Assembly (NCBI GenBank): GCA_030652945.1
Contig: JAUSAI010000152.1
Location: 1-57,315 of the forward strand
Length of the DNA: 57,315 bases
DNA from: Caldisericota bacterium
Lineage (GTDB): Bacteria > Caldisericota > Caldisericia > Cryosericales > Cryosericaceae
Reading direction: 5' to 3'
Notes under the pieces: model-generated
Seen by the model: only the letters and a program-made list of their open reading frames with translations
Databases searched by the model: none
Told to the model about the DNA's origin: nothing
Translations under genes and position numbers: made by a program
Part shown: positions 29,572 through 39,831 of the stretch, piece after piece
Layout: every line of letters begins with the position of its first letter
Numbering within the stretch: the stretch's first letter is position 1

Positions 29572-30189
29572 CTAGCGCCTCCTTCTCTTCCAAGTAGTGA
29601 GGACCACTGCTATGGCCACACTGGAGGCCAGTGCGGCAAAGAAGTACGTCGCGAAGTACTGCTCGGGGAACAGACGGATGAGAGATGATTCCTCGGGCAA
29701 CAGCCAGAGGTCGTTGGCAAACGCCAGCTCATGGAACACGGTGAACACTGTATCGAATCCAATCGTCAGAAGGAAGACGCCGAGGAGACCAGCGATGGCC
29801 AGGATCGCTATTCCCGCAGCGCGAAGGGGACGCCAGAGAAGGTTCCTCCGATGGAGAGGGAACGACAGAAGCACGAGCACTATGAAGGACACGACACACG
29901 TACCGTAGGTTGTCTGGAAGAGAGTCAGCACGTCGCTCATGTGCGCAAGTTCAATCGCAGTGTAGAAGCCATCGTTTGGCAAGGGGCGGCGCCAGGCGAG
30001 CAAGGCCAGAAGATCGCTAACGCGTGTCACAGCCTCAGATGCGGGGAATCTGGCCGCAGGCCCCCCTATCGTCCCCGCGAGGAACAACATCAGTCGCTGA
30101 ACGGGATGGAGGTTTACGAGAAGCGTGAACGGGACAAGCAGTGTTGCCAAGAGGGCTGCGAAGAAAGTGACAATCTGCGCAATCACCAT
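29572..30189 (-). CDS. DUF1461/TIGR01906 (Lit-like) integral membrane protein
   Basis: E.AHM.DV, F..FH...F.ND.WL, LIRLFPE.YF. Confidence 0.8.
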   Translation of the reverse strand: MVIAQIVTFFAALLATLLVPFTLLVNLHPVQRLMLFLAGTIGGPAARFPASEAVTRVSDLLALLAWRRPLPNDGFYTAIELAHMSDVLTLFQTTYGTCVVSFIVLVLLSFPLHRRNLLWRPLRAAGIAILAIAGLLGVFLLTIGFDTVFTVFHELAFANDLWLLPEESSLIRLFPEQYFATYFFAALASSVAIAVVLTTWKRRRR

Positions 30190-30190
30190 A

Positions 30191-30370
30191 CTAGCCAACC
30201 AGTCCGCGTGAACGGGAGAGTATCGTGATGTGCAGTTCATTGCAGACTTCTCCGACGGCGCGAGGGCCTACGCCTGGGCTGACCACAAGGCACTGCTCCT
30301 CAGCACAAGAGATGCTCCCACCATGCGAAGGTTCGACAACTGTGTTTCTGGTTTCCTGTGTCAGTTCCAT
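30191..30370 (-). CDS. small hypothetical protein (59 aa)
   Basis: GGAGG RBS; G.ISCA...GV.P..VG..CNEL.I.I pattern; abuts the next gene. Confidence 0.6.
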   Translation of the reverse strand: MELTQETRNTVVEPSHGGSISCAEEQCLVVSPGVGPRAVGEVCNELHITILSRSRGLVG

Positions 30371-30444
30371 GGAACCTCCTGGGTGTGTATCGTTGGGGAA
30401 TGTGTCACAAGCAGCAATTCGTGCATGGCAGACGCAAGGAGAAG

Positions 30445-31080
30445 TCACCGTGAAAGCAACATCGGAAGCAGGCTGACAACTTCCCCTTCGACTGTCGCGA
30501 GAAAGATGCTGTCCTCGAGCGAACCGGAAAGAACAGTAGCGCACGGATTCCACTCATGCAGCAGTGTGGCGAGCGCACGCTCCTCAGCCGCGGAACACGA
30601 GGGAAGCCGGTTCACCACGAGCAAGCCGGCACCGGAAGCCGATGTGCCAGTGTCGGGTTTGCACGTGGATGGAAGCGGGCAGCTGAGAACGAAGAGGTGA
30701 AGGGAGGGGATGGGAGCAACACTGCAGTTCCCCTCGACAAGAACCCGCACAGCAGTGCCCCATCGAACAAGCGCGCGCATCACGGCACCATCGGTTTCGT
30801 CGCGTGGTCCGCTACAGAACAGAACGTCGCGCAGTGGCAAAAGACCCGGAGTCCGGCGGGAGCTGAGAAGCAGCGAGGTATCCCCCGTGGCAATGCCGAG
30901 ATTCCCGGCGGACAGGGAACGCTCGACGAGATGATCGGTGTGTCGCGAGAGTTTGACGTACGTGTCGAAAGGGAGATCCCGCGCGAGTGCCCGGCACAGT
31001 GTTGTCTTTCCGGAGTGCGAGGCCGCCGAATGAATGATGAGGATGCGGGGAGAACCGAATTGGCTCGTTGCGTCAATCAT
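30445..31080 (-). CDS. MobB-like P-loop protein of unknown function
   Basis: SAASHSGKTT Walker A, GDT..L, LVEGN, VVNR; alternative start 31092. Confidence 0.6.
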   Translation of the reverse strand: MIDATSQFGSPRILIIHSAASHSGKTTLCRALARDLPFDTYVKLSRHTDHLVERSLSAGNLGIATGDTSLLLSSRRTPGLLPLRDVLFCSGPRDETDGAVMRALVRWGTAVRVLVEGNCSVAPIPSLHLFVLSCPLPSTCKPDTGTSASGAGLLVVNRLPSCSAAEERALATLLHEWNPCATVLSGSLEDSIFLATVEGEVVSLLPMLLSR

Positions 31081-31249
31081 AGGGTTCTGCATGGGGATGG
31101 TTCACGAGAAGACTGCAGGACCGGGGTACCCTCACAGGATGGATGGCAACAGCGCTCCACACACCTGTTCCGTGCAGGACGAAAGATGCGGCTGTTCCTC
31201 CGGGGGACGCTACGCTTCCCCGACCATTGAAGAAGACTACATGGCGCAT
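31073..31249 (-). CDS. unannotated small ORF (58 aa, MRHVVFFNGRGS...)
   Basis: TGGATA-N16-TATACT promoter, AGGAGG RBS, ATGATTGA overlap with the next gene. Confidence 0.5.
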   Translation of the reverse strand: MRHVVFFNGRGSVASPGGTAASFVLHGTGVWSAVAIHPVRVPRSCSLLVNHPHAEPYD

Positions 31250-31415
31250 GGACTCCTCCTATCCCAGTATAGTGCCGTCTTGGCTGCTATCCAGGATTGT
31301 TGCCTTTTGTAAACGCGTTCTCATACTGTAGCAGAAGTCGCCTCGTACACTGGCACGAAGTCTGCGCGCGCTGCGGACCTCGTCGCGAAGTGCAGCTGCT
31401 TCGTCGGGGGTGAGT

Positions 31416-32759
31416 ATGGAGCGGAAGGTCCTGATTATTGACGACGACGAGGAGAGTCTGCGGCTGTACGGGGACATACTCCGTCGGGCAGGCTACAGCC
31501 CGAAGACCGCCGGAACGGGATGGGAAGGGATAGACCTTGCCGTCAAAGAGCAGCCGGGGCTCATTCTCCTTGATCTGCGTCTCCCGGACATCACCGGGCT
31601 CACGGTCCTAGAGACTCTCCATACGGCGCTGTCGACAAAGGCAATCCCGATTATCGTCGTGTCTGCTCTCAGCAATGACGACAATGTCATGAAAGCAATG
31701 CAGATGGGAGCCTTCGACTATGTCGTCAAGCCCATCACCTATGACGATCTCGTGCGACGCGTCGAGCTCGTCTTCTTCTCGCGCGAGCGACAGGGAGAAG
31801 GGGAGCGAGCCCCGGTTCTCGTCATCGAGGACAGCACCGCGGACGGAAGTTCGCTGTCCGAACAGCTTGTCGGCTGGGGATACACCGTCAAGTGGGTACG
31901 CACAGGCACCGAAGGAATCGAGCAAGCATCAAGCGGCAATTATGACGTCGTACTTCTGGATGGGTTGCTGCCAGACATCAACGGGTTCGATGTCGTCAAA
32001 CAAATCCGCAGTACGGAACGCCTGGGAATCACCCCAATCATCATGTTGACGGTCCTTTCAGGTCTTGTCGATAAACTGAAGGGATTTGAGAGCGGCGTCG
32101 ACGTCTTTCTCAACAAGCCAGTCTCATGGGAAGAATTGCGTGTTCGTATGCGCTCGCTGACGCACTTGCGGGGAATGTCCAAGCAGAGGTTTCAACTGTC
32201 GGAAGTGGTGAGCGTCATCACCAACGCCATCGAGCTCGCGGAGACGACCGAGCCGCGGCACAACCAGAAAGTCGCCAGCATCGGCGTCATTCTTGGTAAA
32301 CGGCTTGGTGTCCTCGGGCATGGGCTGTGGATCCTGGAAATGGCGGGAGCCCTGCATGACGTCGGCAAGCTCGCGATTGACCATCGCATCTTGACGAAGC
32401 CCGGCAAGCTTGATGCAGCCGAGTGGGCAGAGGTTGTGCGGCACAGTGAATTTGGAGAGAGAATCATCAAGCCGGTTCACGGTTTTGCAGAGATAGCGGA
32501 AATCGTGAGGCATCATCATGAGAAGATTGATGGTTCGGGGTATCCCGACAACCTGAGGGGAGACGAGGTCTCAATGTACGTGCGCATCGTGGGTGTGGCC
32601 GACAGCTATGAGGCTCTCACAAGCGACAGGCCGTACCGCCCCGCATTCGCGCGCGACGAGGCGCTTGGTATCCTGCGAAAGGAAACGGAAGAGGGACGGT
32701 GGGATCCAGTGGTGATAGCGGCGCTCACAGAGTCCCTCGACGAACTTGAACACCTCTGA
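31416..32759 (+). CDS. tandem-receiver response regulator with HD-GYP phosphodiesterase
   Basis: Two REC domains (IIDDD..LLDL.LPD; VIEDS..LLDG.LPD); HDVGK, HHEKIDGSGYP; promoter TTGCCT-N16-CATACT at 31300. Confidence 0.92.
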   Translation: MERKVLIIDDDEESLRLYGDILRRAGYSPKTAGTGWEGIDLAVKEQPGLILLDLRLPDITGLTVLETLHTALSTKAIPIIVVSALSNDDNVMKAMQMGAFDYVVKPITYDDLVRRVELVFFSRERQGEGERAPVLVIEDSTADGSSLSEQLVGWGYTVKWVRTGTEGIEQASSGNYDVVLLDGLLPDINGFDVVKQIRSTERLGITPIIMLTVLSGLVDKLKGFESGVDVFLNKPVSWEELRVRMRSLTHLRGMSKQRFQLSEVVSVITNAIELAETTEPRHNQKVASIGVILGKRLGVLGHGLWILEMAGALHDVGKLAIDHRILTKPGKLDAAEWAEVVRHSEFGERIIKPVHGFAEIAEIVRHHHEKIDGSGYPDNLRGDEVSMYVRIVGVADSYEALTSDRPYRPAFARDEALGILRKETEEGRWDPVVIAALTESLDELEHL

Positions 32760-32789
32760 TTCCCGCATTCCGGCGAGTGGAAAGGAAGG

Positions 32790-33053
32790 ATGCCCGTGAA
32801 GGTTGAAGCACAAGCCATCCTGTTTCCGTATGATGGCAGCAGGGCCGCCGCAGTGACCAAGCGGTTTGTCGACGTGCTTGAGGCTGCCGGCGTCCGATGT
32901 GTCGTGGGCAACATGGCCACCAGCTGCTACGGCGAGATGGACACTGTTTTCCAGAGCATACGGAAGGCTTTTGAGTTGATAGCGACAGACGAACGGCTTG
33001 GCATTTCGATTGTCATCGCCAACGATATTCCCGCTATCGGCAAGCCGTCATAG
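32790..33053 (+). CDS. MTH1187/YkoF-like (thiamine-binding) small protein
   Basis: A.A.LFP..., L...GV...VG.M.T...GE.D.VF pattern; GTG 32796 is a possible start. Confidence 0.65.
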   Translation: MPVKVEAQAILFPYDGSRAAAVTKRFVDVLEAAGVRCVVGNMATSCYGEMDTVFQSIRKAFELIATDERLGISIVIANDIPAIGKPS

Positions 33054-33058
33054 TCGGG

Positions 33059-33889
33059 ATGTCGTTCGTATGCGTCCCAAAGCGGACACTCGCGGTGTCC
33101 GTTACCGGCGAAAGCTGTTCTCTCCAGTGCAATCACTGCAGGGCCCGCTATCTGCGCCACATGGTGCCGGTGAGCTCGGCGCAACGCGTTCTGGAGTCAG
33201 GTGAGTACACCAGCATTCTCCTGTCGGGAGGAAGCGATTGCCGAGGGCGCATCCCTCTGACCGAATCCCTGACCTTCATTGCGTGGGTCAAGCAGAGGGG
33301 CATTCGTATCAATGCGCATGTCGGCTTTCAAGATCCAAAGGACATCGTGCTCCTTGCCCCAATGTTCGACAAGGTTTCCCTGGATTACATCTGGGATGAC
33401 GAGACCATCCGCGAAGTCTACCACATGGAGCGAACGGGAGAGGAGTACCGTCAGGCGGCACAGCTCTGGTTGGCGGAGATGTCCGCGGGTGACCCTACTG
33501 GAGGCGTCGATGGCGCAAAGAGGCGCTTGAGTCTCCACTTGACCATTGGACTCAAAGGCGGAGTGGTCACTGGGGAACGGGAGGCGATTGATTCACTGAT
33601 TCCCGTCGCACCCGCGTCGCTTGTCTTCCTCATCTTGATTCCGACGGAAGGGACTCCATATGAGCACGTTCCCCTGGTGCCTCTCGACGATATCGAGTCG
33701 GTCATTGACTACGCCCGCCATCGGCTTCCTGCAACCGATCTTGTGCTGGGATGTATGCGCCCTCGGGTGAAGGGGTATGGTGAGGAGCTGACACGAATCG
33801 CCAACCGATACGACTTCCGGTGTATCGTGGGAGAGCAGGGAGAACGCACCATTGAGGAATTGGAGGAGTGCTGTGTCTTCTATCACTAG
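33059..33889 (+). CDS. lipS1: radical SAM protein, LipS1-type lipoyl synthase subunit
   Basis: CSLQCNHC, GCMRP and C-terminal CC motifs. Confidence 0.8.
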   Translation: MSFVCVPKRTLAVSVTGESCSLQCNHCRARYLRHMVPVSSAQRVLESGEYTSILLSGGSDCRGRIPLTESLTFIAWVKQRGIRINAHVGFQDPKDIVLLAPMFDKVSLDYIWDDETIREVYHMERTGEEYRQAAQLWLAEMSAGDPTGGVDGAKRRLSLHLTIGLKGGVVTGEREAIDSLIPVAPASLVFLILIPTEGTPYEHVPLVPLDDIESVIDYARHRLPATDLVLGCMRPRVKGYGEELTRIANRYDFRCIVGEQGERTIEELEECCVFYH

Positions 33890-33921
33890 TGGCCTCCCTG
33901 CTAGAGCACCAGCTTGCTGAC

Positions 33922-34941
33922 ATGAGCGCATTGCGTGCGTCGATTGGCACACTCGCAGTACTCGGCCTGCGTGATCTGCTGATGGCTGAGCGTCCAACAA
34001 CGGCATATCTCATGGTCGGAGGACGTTGTGCAAGTGACTGTTCCTACTGTGGCCAAGGGCGTAGTGCGTGCGGAGACGGCAGACACCTGTCACGTATCGT
34101 ATGGCCGGATGTCAGTCAGGACGAGCTCATCGAGGCTCTCTCTGCGCACCCCGGCTCATTTTCGCGGGTATGTTTCCAGACGACCACTTCTCGCGGTGTC
34201 GTTCGGGACCTTGTCTCACTTGTTCCTCGCGTACGGGCAGCCCTCGACGTTCCCGTATCCGTATCGTATCGCGTTCGCGGACTGGAGGAGGCACGACGGC
34301 TGTTTGCGGCAGGAGTCGAGCGTATTGGCGTCGCCGTCGACGTCTGCTCCGCGCGCCTGTACCCTCAGTTGAGAGGGGGAACGCTTGAGGAGGCGGTGGC
34401 ACAGGTCAAGGAACTCGCTCGGCACTTCCCTGGACGGATCTCGACTCACATCATTATTGGACTCGGTGAGAGTGAGAAAGAGGCGGCAGAGCTCATCATG
34501 GAACTGCACGAAGCGGGGATTCTTGTTTCTCTGTTTGCCTTCACTCCTGTACGAGGGACCGGCATGGAGGCATCATCCCCCCCCGAAATGCTCAGCTATC
34601 GCAAAATGCAGGCTCTCGTGGGGCTACTTGACGCGGGCGAGCGCCCCCTCGAACTGACGTATGATGCCGAGAACCGCCTTTGTGGATTCGGCGTGACCGC
34701 AGATACGCTACGTCGGATTCTCGATGAACAACCGGTCTTCCTTACTCACGGATGCCCCGGATGCAACCGCCCATTCTACAATGAACGCCCCGGAATGGAG
34801 CCGTTCAATTTTCCGACGATGCATCCAGTCGGAAACCGAAGGGTAGTCGCGGAGTTTGTTGCGGGGCTGGAGGCGCAGGGGTTTGTGTTTGGCCACGGGC
34901 AGAAGGGCAGTGGCTCTCCCTGCCCTTCGGGAGAACCGTAA
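33922..34941 (+). CDS. lipS2: radical SAM protein, LipS2-type lipoyl synthase subunit
   Basis: CASDCSYC, LSRIVWP, THGCPGCNRP; start could be GTG 33868. Confidence 0.82.
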   Translation: MSALRASIGTLAVLGLRDLLMAERPTTAYLMVGGRCASDCSYCGQGRSACGDGRHLSRIVWPDVSQDELIEALSAHPGSFSRVCFQTTTSRGVVRDLVSLVPRVRAALDVPVSVSYRVRGLEEARRLFAAGVERIGVAVDVCSARLYPQLRGGTLEEAVAQVKELARHFPGRISTHIIIGLGESEKEAAELIMELHEAGILVSLFAFTPVRGTGMEASSPPEMLSYRKMQALVGLLDAGERPLELTYDAENRLCGFGVTADTLRRILDEQPVFLTHGCPGCNRPFYNERPGMEPFNFPTMHPVGNRRVVAEFVAGLEAQGFVFGHGQKGSGSPCPSGEP

Positions 34942-35025
34942 TCAAGTTGCACCGAGATGGCGCCGCAGGTGCGATGTGACCAACCGTGCCTCAAATAGCG
35001 AGGCACCCACGCCGGTGTGCGTCCG

Positions 35026-35910
35026 CTAGTGTTGGTCCAGAGAATCGTCAGGTGACTGTCGGGGCGTCAGAACGCTGAGAATCCGGAGTAGATCCTCCTG
35101 ATTGAAGTAGCTGATCTCGATGACCCCCTTGTTCACCTTCCCTCGAATACTGACGCGAGTGGCGAGAAGCTTCTGCATAGTCTCTTCGATGTTGTGAAGA
35201 GCAGCATCCCTGGGAACGGGTGTCTTGGCGGGATGAGCGAGGGTGCGACGGACCATCACCTCGGTCTGTCGCACAGACAGCTGCCGGGTCATGATTTCGC
35301 CGAGGGCAGCGCGAATCTGGTCCTCGCTCCTGAGTGGGAGAAGTGCACGTGCGTGTCCCACGGTGATGTCTCTCGCGGACAGAGCGTCCTTGGCAACCTG
35401 AGGAAGGTCGAGAAGACGAATGAGGTTGGCAATGGTGCTGCGATCTTTGCCAATGCGCACAGCGAGCTCTTCTTGGGTGACACCAAACGTGGTCATATAG
35501 TTACTGAACGATGTGGCGACTTCGATAGGAGAAAGGTCTTCACGTTCCATGTTCTCTGACAGCGCGATTTCGATGGCAGTCCGATCATCCACTTCTCGGA
35601 CATTCACCGGAACCGCCGTGAGTCCGGCCAGAAGAGCAGCCTGGAAGCGCCGTTCGCCAGCCACGATCTCATAGTTGCCCTTCGCGGGTCGCACGATGAT
35701 GGGTTCCAGGATTCCATGTCTGCGGATGCTTTCCGCCAGCGTCTCAAGCGTGGCTTTGTCAAATCGCTGCCGCGGTTGCCACGAGGCGCGGACAATGCGG
35801 CTTGTCGTCATCATGTGAGGTGCGCCGGTTCCGTTTTCTGAAGCAGTGCTTCCTGTCTGGTTCCCGAAGAGGGCGTCCAGTCCACGGCCGAGCCCTTTGC
35901 TAGTGTCCAC
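35026..35910 (-). CDS. parB: chromosome partitioning protein ParB
   Basis: [30 protein letters not shown]; GTG start after GAGG. Confidence 0.96.
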   Translation of the reverse strand: MDTSKGLGRGLDALFGNQTGSTASENGTGAPHMMTTSRIVRASWQPRQRFDKATLETLAESIRRHGILEPIIVRPAKGNYEIVAGERRFQAALLAGLTAVPVNVREVDDRTAIEIALSENMEREDLSPIEVATSFSNYMTTFGVTQEELAVRIGKDRSTIANLIRLLDLPQVAKDALSARDITVGHARALLPLRSEDQIRAALGEIMTRQLSVRQTEVMVRRTLAHPAKTPVPRDAALHNIEETMQKLLATRVSIRGKVNKGVIEISYFNQEDLLRILSVLTPRQSPDDSLDQH

Positions 35911-36661
35911 GTTGTTCGACCTCCTTTGCCAATTGGCGATATGCCTCGGCACCTGCTGAGAGGGTGTCGTATTCGAGGATAGTCCTGCCGTAGCTCGGTG
36001 CTTCACTGAGGCGCACGCTGCGCGGAATGATCGCCGTGAAAACCGTCTCGCCAAAGTGGCGGAGAAGATCCTCCTTTACTTGAGCGGAAAGGATGGTCCG
36101 ACGGTCGAACATCGTCACGAGGATTCCCAGTAGCGTAAGGCCGGGATTGAGGCGCTGCTTGACGAGGCTGATGGTGTGTAGAAGATGCGTCAGCCCCTCG
36201 AGAGCGTAGTACTCGCTCTGGATGGGGACAAGGACTTCGTGGGCGGCCGTCAGCGCATTGAGTGTCAGCAGGCCAAGGGAGGGAGGGCTGTCGACAATGG
36301 CGTAGTCGTAGGAACCGTCAATCACTGCAAGTAGACGGTGGAGAGCATACTCTCGACGGTCGACTGTCGCAAGCTCGAGTTCAGCTCCTGCAAGGTTGAT
36401 GGAGGAGGGAAGGAGTGCGAGATTGCGTTCACGACTTTGAAGAATGGCATCCACGGGGTTGTCCCTGCCGAAGAGGCAGGTGTAGATGTTGCAGGGGAGT
36501 TCGGTGGAGCTGAACCCCAACCCTGTTGTAGCGTTCGCCTGTGGGTCGAAGTCGACGAGGAGGACACGGCGATTCATCTCGGCAAGTGCGGCGGCAAGGG
36601 ACAGGGCCGTTGTAGTCTTTCCAACCCCACCCTTCTGATTGGCGATAGTGATGATTCTCAC
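35900..36661 (-). CDS. parA: ParA/Soj ATPase
   Basis: [31 protein letters not shown]; promoter TTGAAC-N16-CATACT at 36736-36709. Confidence 0.97.
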   Translation of the reverse strand: MRIITIANQKGGVGKTTTALSLAAALAEMNRRVLLVDFDPQANATTGLGFSSTELPCNIYTCLFGRDNPVDAILQSRERNLALLPSSINLAGAELELATVDRREYALHRLLAVIDGSYDYAIVDSPPSLGLLTLNALTAAHEVLVPIQSEYYALEGLTHLLHTISLVKQRLNPGLTLLGILVTMFDRRTILSAQVKEDLLRHFGETVFTAIIPRSVRLSEAPSYGRTILEYDTLSAGAEAYRQLAKEVEQRGH

Positions 36662-36677
36662 GACACGTTCCCCCCGG

Positions 36678-37469
36678 TCATTTCCTTGTGCCGATTGGTG
36701 CCACTTGCAGTATGACAAGCTTTGAGCGTCGTTCAATGCCAGGAAGACGATAGGCAAGGACGGAGGGCGTACAGTGTGTCTCTTTCATCCGAGACCGGAA
36801 CCGTGATTCTTCCAGTACCGCGAGATCGTTTTCGCCTTTCCACATCACCAGCTTGCCCCCGGGAGCCAGCAGCGGCAAGGCATAATCATAGAGAACCTCT
36901 ACGGAAGCGACTCCTCGGGCGGTAATCATGTCGAAGGAACTGCGGGAGAGAGCCTCTGAGGTCTCGATGCGATGGGCAAGGACAGTAGTTCGGGGGAGGG
37001 GAACCAGGTCCACGACGCGCTGGAGGAAACGAGCCTTTTTGCCGATGGACTCGACCAGAGTGACGGCAGTCTCGGGCCAAGCCAGCGCGAGGGGCACCGC
37101 CGGAAAGCCACCGCCACTGCCGATATCCAGCAGGTAGCGGGGTTGCGCGACATTCAGGAGGAGCGGCGCGAGGGAATCGTGGATATGGCGTTCGAGTACG
37201 ACACGTGGCTCTGCGTTGGCCGTCAGATTGACGTGAGCATTCTCCTCGGCCAGCAAGGAGAGGAACGCGCAGAGACTCGACACAAATAGAGGCGAGACAA
37301 GGCGCTCATGGTTGCCGGACGGCACGAGCGAGCCAAATGCCGCAATGTCCTCGGCGACGAGAACCTCCAGCGGAGAGAGATTTGCCTTGGCGTCTCTATT
37401 GATAATAGTTGCAGGAGTTTGTTTCACGTGGAACGGTCCGGTTTCAGAAAATGCGGGCAAGGATGCCAC
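36678..37469 (-). CDS. rsmG: 16S rRNA m7G527 methyltransferase RsmG (true start probably downstream of parS)
   Basis: [30 protein letters not shown]; N-terminal FHVKQ is the translated parS. Confidence 0.9.
   Translation of the reverse strand: MASLPAFSETGPFHVKQTPATIINRDAKANLSPLEVLVAEDIAAFGSLVPSGNHERLVSPLFVSSLCAFLSLLAEENAHVNLTANAEPRVVLERHIHDSLAPLLLNVAQPRYLLDIGSGGGFPAVPLALAWPETAVTLVESIGKKARFLQRVVDLVPLPRTTVLAHRIETSEALSRSSFDMITARGVASVEVLYDYALPLLAPGGKLVMWKGENDLAVLEESRFRSRMKETHCTPSVLAYRLPGIERRSKLVILQVAPIGTRK
37420..37435. promoter_or_regulatory. parS centromere site
   Basis: TGTTTCACGTGGAACG, one mismatch to TGTTNCACGTGAAACA on the minus strand; directly upstream of rsmG-parA-parB. Confidence 0.85.
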
Positions 37470-37917
37470 GGATGAAGCCGGCAGCTACCAAGAAGACGAT
37501 GCAGCAGGCGCCGACAACGCCGAGAGAAATGGAGATGAGGGCCCGCGATCGTTTCATGCGCGCAACCTCAGCGATGAGACACCCTGTATACGCTCCGGTA
37601 CCGGGCAGTGGGATGGCCACAAAGACCGCAAGCCCGACGAAGAGGCCGAAACGGTCGACCGTACCGCGGGTACGAGCGCCAAGGCGGTCGCGGTAGTTGC
37701 GGAACCATGCCCAGCGTGACGCTAAGGCGAGCATCGGGCGTTCCAGCAGGAAGAAGAGGGGAGCAATGCACAGATTCGCGACGAGCGAGACCAGAAACGC
37801 TTCCCCCAGCGGCATGTTCAGAACGCCGATTGCGTAGGGAAGAGCCCCTCGAACCTCGATCCCCGGGACCATAGTAATGAGAAACACGTGAAGGATGTCC
37901 CGTAGTGTCGTATTCAT
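37444..37917 (-). CDS. COG2426 small multidrug-export-like membrane protein
   Basis: P.IEVRGALP, FVAIPLPGTGAYTG; leaderless promoter TTGCCT-N16-TATACT-N6-ATG. Confidence 0.85.
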   Translation of the reverse strand: MNTTLRDILHVFLITMVPGIEVRGALPYAIGVLNMPLGEAFLVSLVANLCIAPLFFLLERPMLALASRWAWFRNYRDRLGARTRGTVDRFGLFVGLAVFVAIPLPGTGAYTGCLIAEVARMKRSRALISISLGVVGACCIVFLVAAGFIRGILARIF

Positions 37918-38162
37918 GCATCTAGTATAGCGGCGGTCCTCTGGGAGGCAATGCAGCAGGTGCGGCCACTCTCAGGCCTCCAGGGACTCCCCACTCGGAC
38001 GAAAGCGAGTTCCGCACGAACAAATCCGTTGAAGTCGTACTGGTCAGGCAGGGGGGGGTTGAGGTGTTCGCAGGGACGCTCGTGAACAATCGGATAGACA
38101 ACGCTCCCGATGCAGTCATCAGGGGCAGAGGGGTTGGATCGTTGGAGCTGGAGGGAGTTTGA

Positions 38163-39623
38163 CTAGCGTTCCTTGACTACTTGTACATAGTGGGCTGTCT
38201 TATCCTGGATTCCTTGCAGGTCAGCGCCATGATCGCGCATGTAGACCATGTACTCGACTGACTCCTTGGTCATCATCTCGCCGGGAACGGTGATAGGGAT
38301 GCCTGGCGGGTAGGGCGTTACGAGCTCCGCAACGATGCGGCCGACCGAGTCCTCCATGCGCACGCGCTCTTTCTTGGCATAGTAGGCCTCGAAGGGGAAG
38401 AGAACCATCTCCGGAATGCCGGGAATGGGAGGGGGGGATGTGAGCGACGACGATTTGCCGCGTCGCTTGCGCGCGATGTCCTCGAGCGCTTCAATGAATG
38501 CGTCGACAGCTTCCTTGCGCGTCCCGATCGTGACGAACGCCAGGATGTTCTCCAGATCCGAGAGTTCTATTTCGACATTGTAGTCCTCATTGAGAATCTC
38601 CTCGACCTGGAAACCTGTCAGTCCGATTCGTGAGACGTGAACCGTGAGCTTGGTCAGATCGACATCATAGACGGCATCCGACCGTGAACGCTCTCTTCCT
38701 GGTGCGAACAGCCCCTCAATAGTATTGATACGATGACGCGCATCTTCGGCGAGGTCGATGGCACGCTGAAGCAGATCTCGTCCGTTGACTGCCATCTGCA
38801 TGCGTGCGACGTCAAGCGCTGTGATGAGAAGATACGAGGGCGAGGAGCTCTCCAGCATTGTGAGCGTCGTGCGCACAAGTTCTCGGTCGACACGGCGTGA
38901 GCCAAGGTGCAGCATGGACGTCTGAGTAAGCCCGGCAAGGGTTTTGTGAGTGCTCTGGACGACCATATCGGCGCCCGCATCGACTGCACTGGTGGGCAAA
39001 TCGGGATGGAAGTGAAAGTGGGACCCGTGGGCCTCGTCGACCAAGATGCGTCGGCCGGCGGAGTGCGCCTTTTCGACGTAGTAGGCAATGTCAGCACTAA
39101 TGCCAAAGTAGTTCGGATTGGTCAAGAAGACGGTTTTGGCCTCGGGGTGATCGCGAAGGATGCGGGCGAACGTCTTCTTGGAAGGAAAGGTCTGGAATTG
39201 CAGCAGACGATCCTCCTCTGCCTCCAGGTATATCGGGCGAAGTTCGTTGAGAATCAGCGCGCCGTACATCGACCTATGCGAATTGCGTTGGACGATTACA
39301 CGATCATTGGGCGCACATGTCGAAAGGATCATCGCCTGATTTCCAACAGTGGAGCCGTTGACCAGGAAGAACGAATCTCGCGCCCCATACGCTTCAGCGG
39401 CGAGCTCCTGCGCCTCTTTCACCACGCCGATCGGCCGATGCAAGTAGTCCAGGCCCTCAACCTCGGTAAGATCGGACAGAAAGACGTTCTCTCCCCAGAA
39501 CTCCTTGAGGCGCTTGTGAACCCCTTGACCCGCCATGTGGCCTGGCATATGCAGGCCGGCCCTGTTCTTGGCAATGTATGACTGAACGGCGTCAAAGAAC
39601 GGAGTCCGATTCTGGTCTCTCAT
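38163..39623 (-). CDS. Orn/Lys/Arg decarboxylase (PLP, Bacillus SpeA-like)
   Basis: HMPGH, FLVNGST, RNSHRS, VDEAHG, QSTHKT, YPPGIP; TTGACA-N16-TACACT-N7-ATG. Confidence 0.92.
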   Translation of the reverse strand: MRDQNRTPFFDAVQSYIAKNRAGLHMPGHMAGQGVHKRLKEFWGENVFLSDLTEVEGLDYLHRPIGVVKEAQELAAEAYGARDSFFLVNGSTVGNQAMILSTCAPNDRVIVQRNSHRSMYGALILNELRPIYLEAEEDRLLQFQTFPSKKTFARILRDHPEAKTVFLTNPNYFGISADIAYYVEKAHSAGRRILVDEAHGSHFHFHPDLPTSAVDAGADMVVQSTHKTLAGLTQTSMLHLGSRRVDRELVRTTLTMLESSSPSYLLITALDVARMQMAVNGRDLLQRAIDLAEDARHRINTIEGLFAPGRERSRSDAVYDVDLTKLTVHVSRIGLTGFQVEEILNEDYNVEIELSDLENILAFVTIGTRKEAVDAFIEALEDIARKRRGKSSSLTSPPPIPGIPEMVLFPFEAYYAKKERVRMEDSVGRIVAELVTPYPPGIPITVPGEMMTKESVEYMVYMRDHGADLQGIQDKTAHYVQVVKER

Positions 39624-39831
39624 GAGCAAGAGTGTATCGGCCGGAAGACCGCTGTCAACAAAGGCGCATCGAATGTCGATGGGTCACACGACGCTCCATG
39701 GCGGGGACTCACGCTGGCTTCTTCCAAACCAGTGTGACCGTGATATGATACATCAAGCATTTCGTGCTGCGACAGTCGCGTTTCCCCTTCTTTCGTTGCG
39801 CGCAAAAGGAATGCGCTTGGAGGTAGTGAGC

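Noticed and set aside
37996-38122. Hammerhead-like words CTGATGA and GGACGAAA
   Set aside because: They are on opposite strands and cannot form one catalytic core
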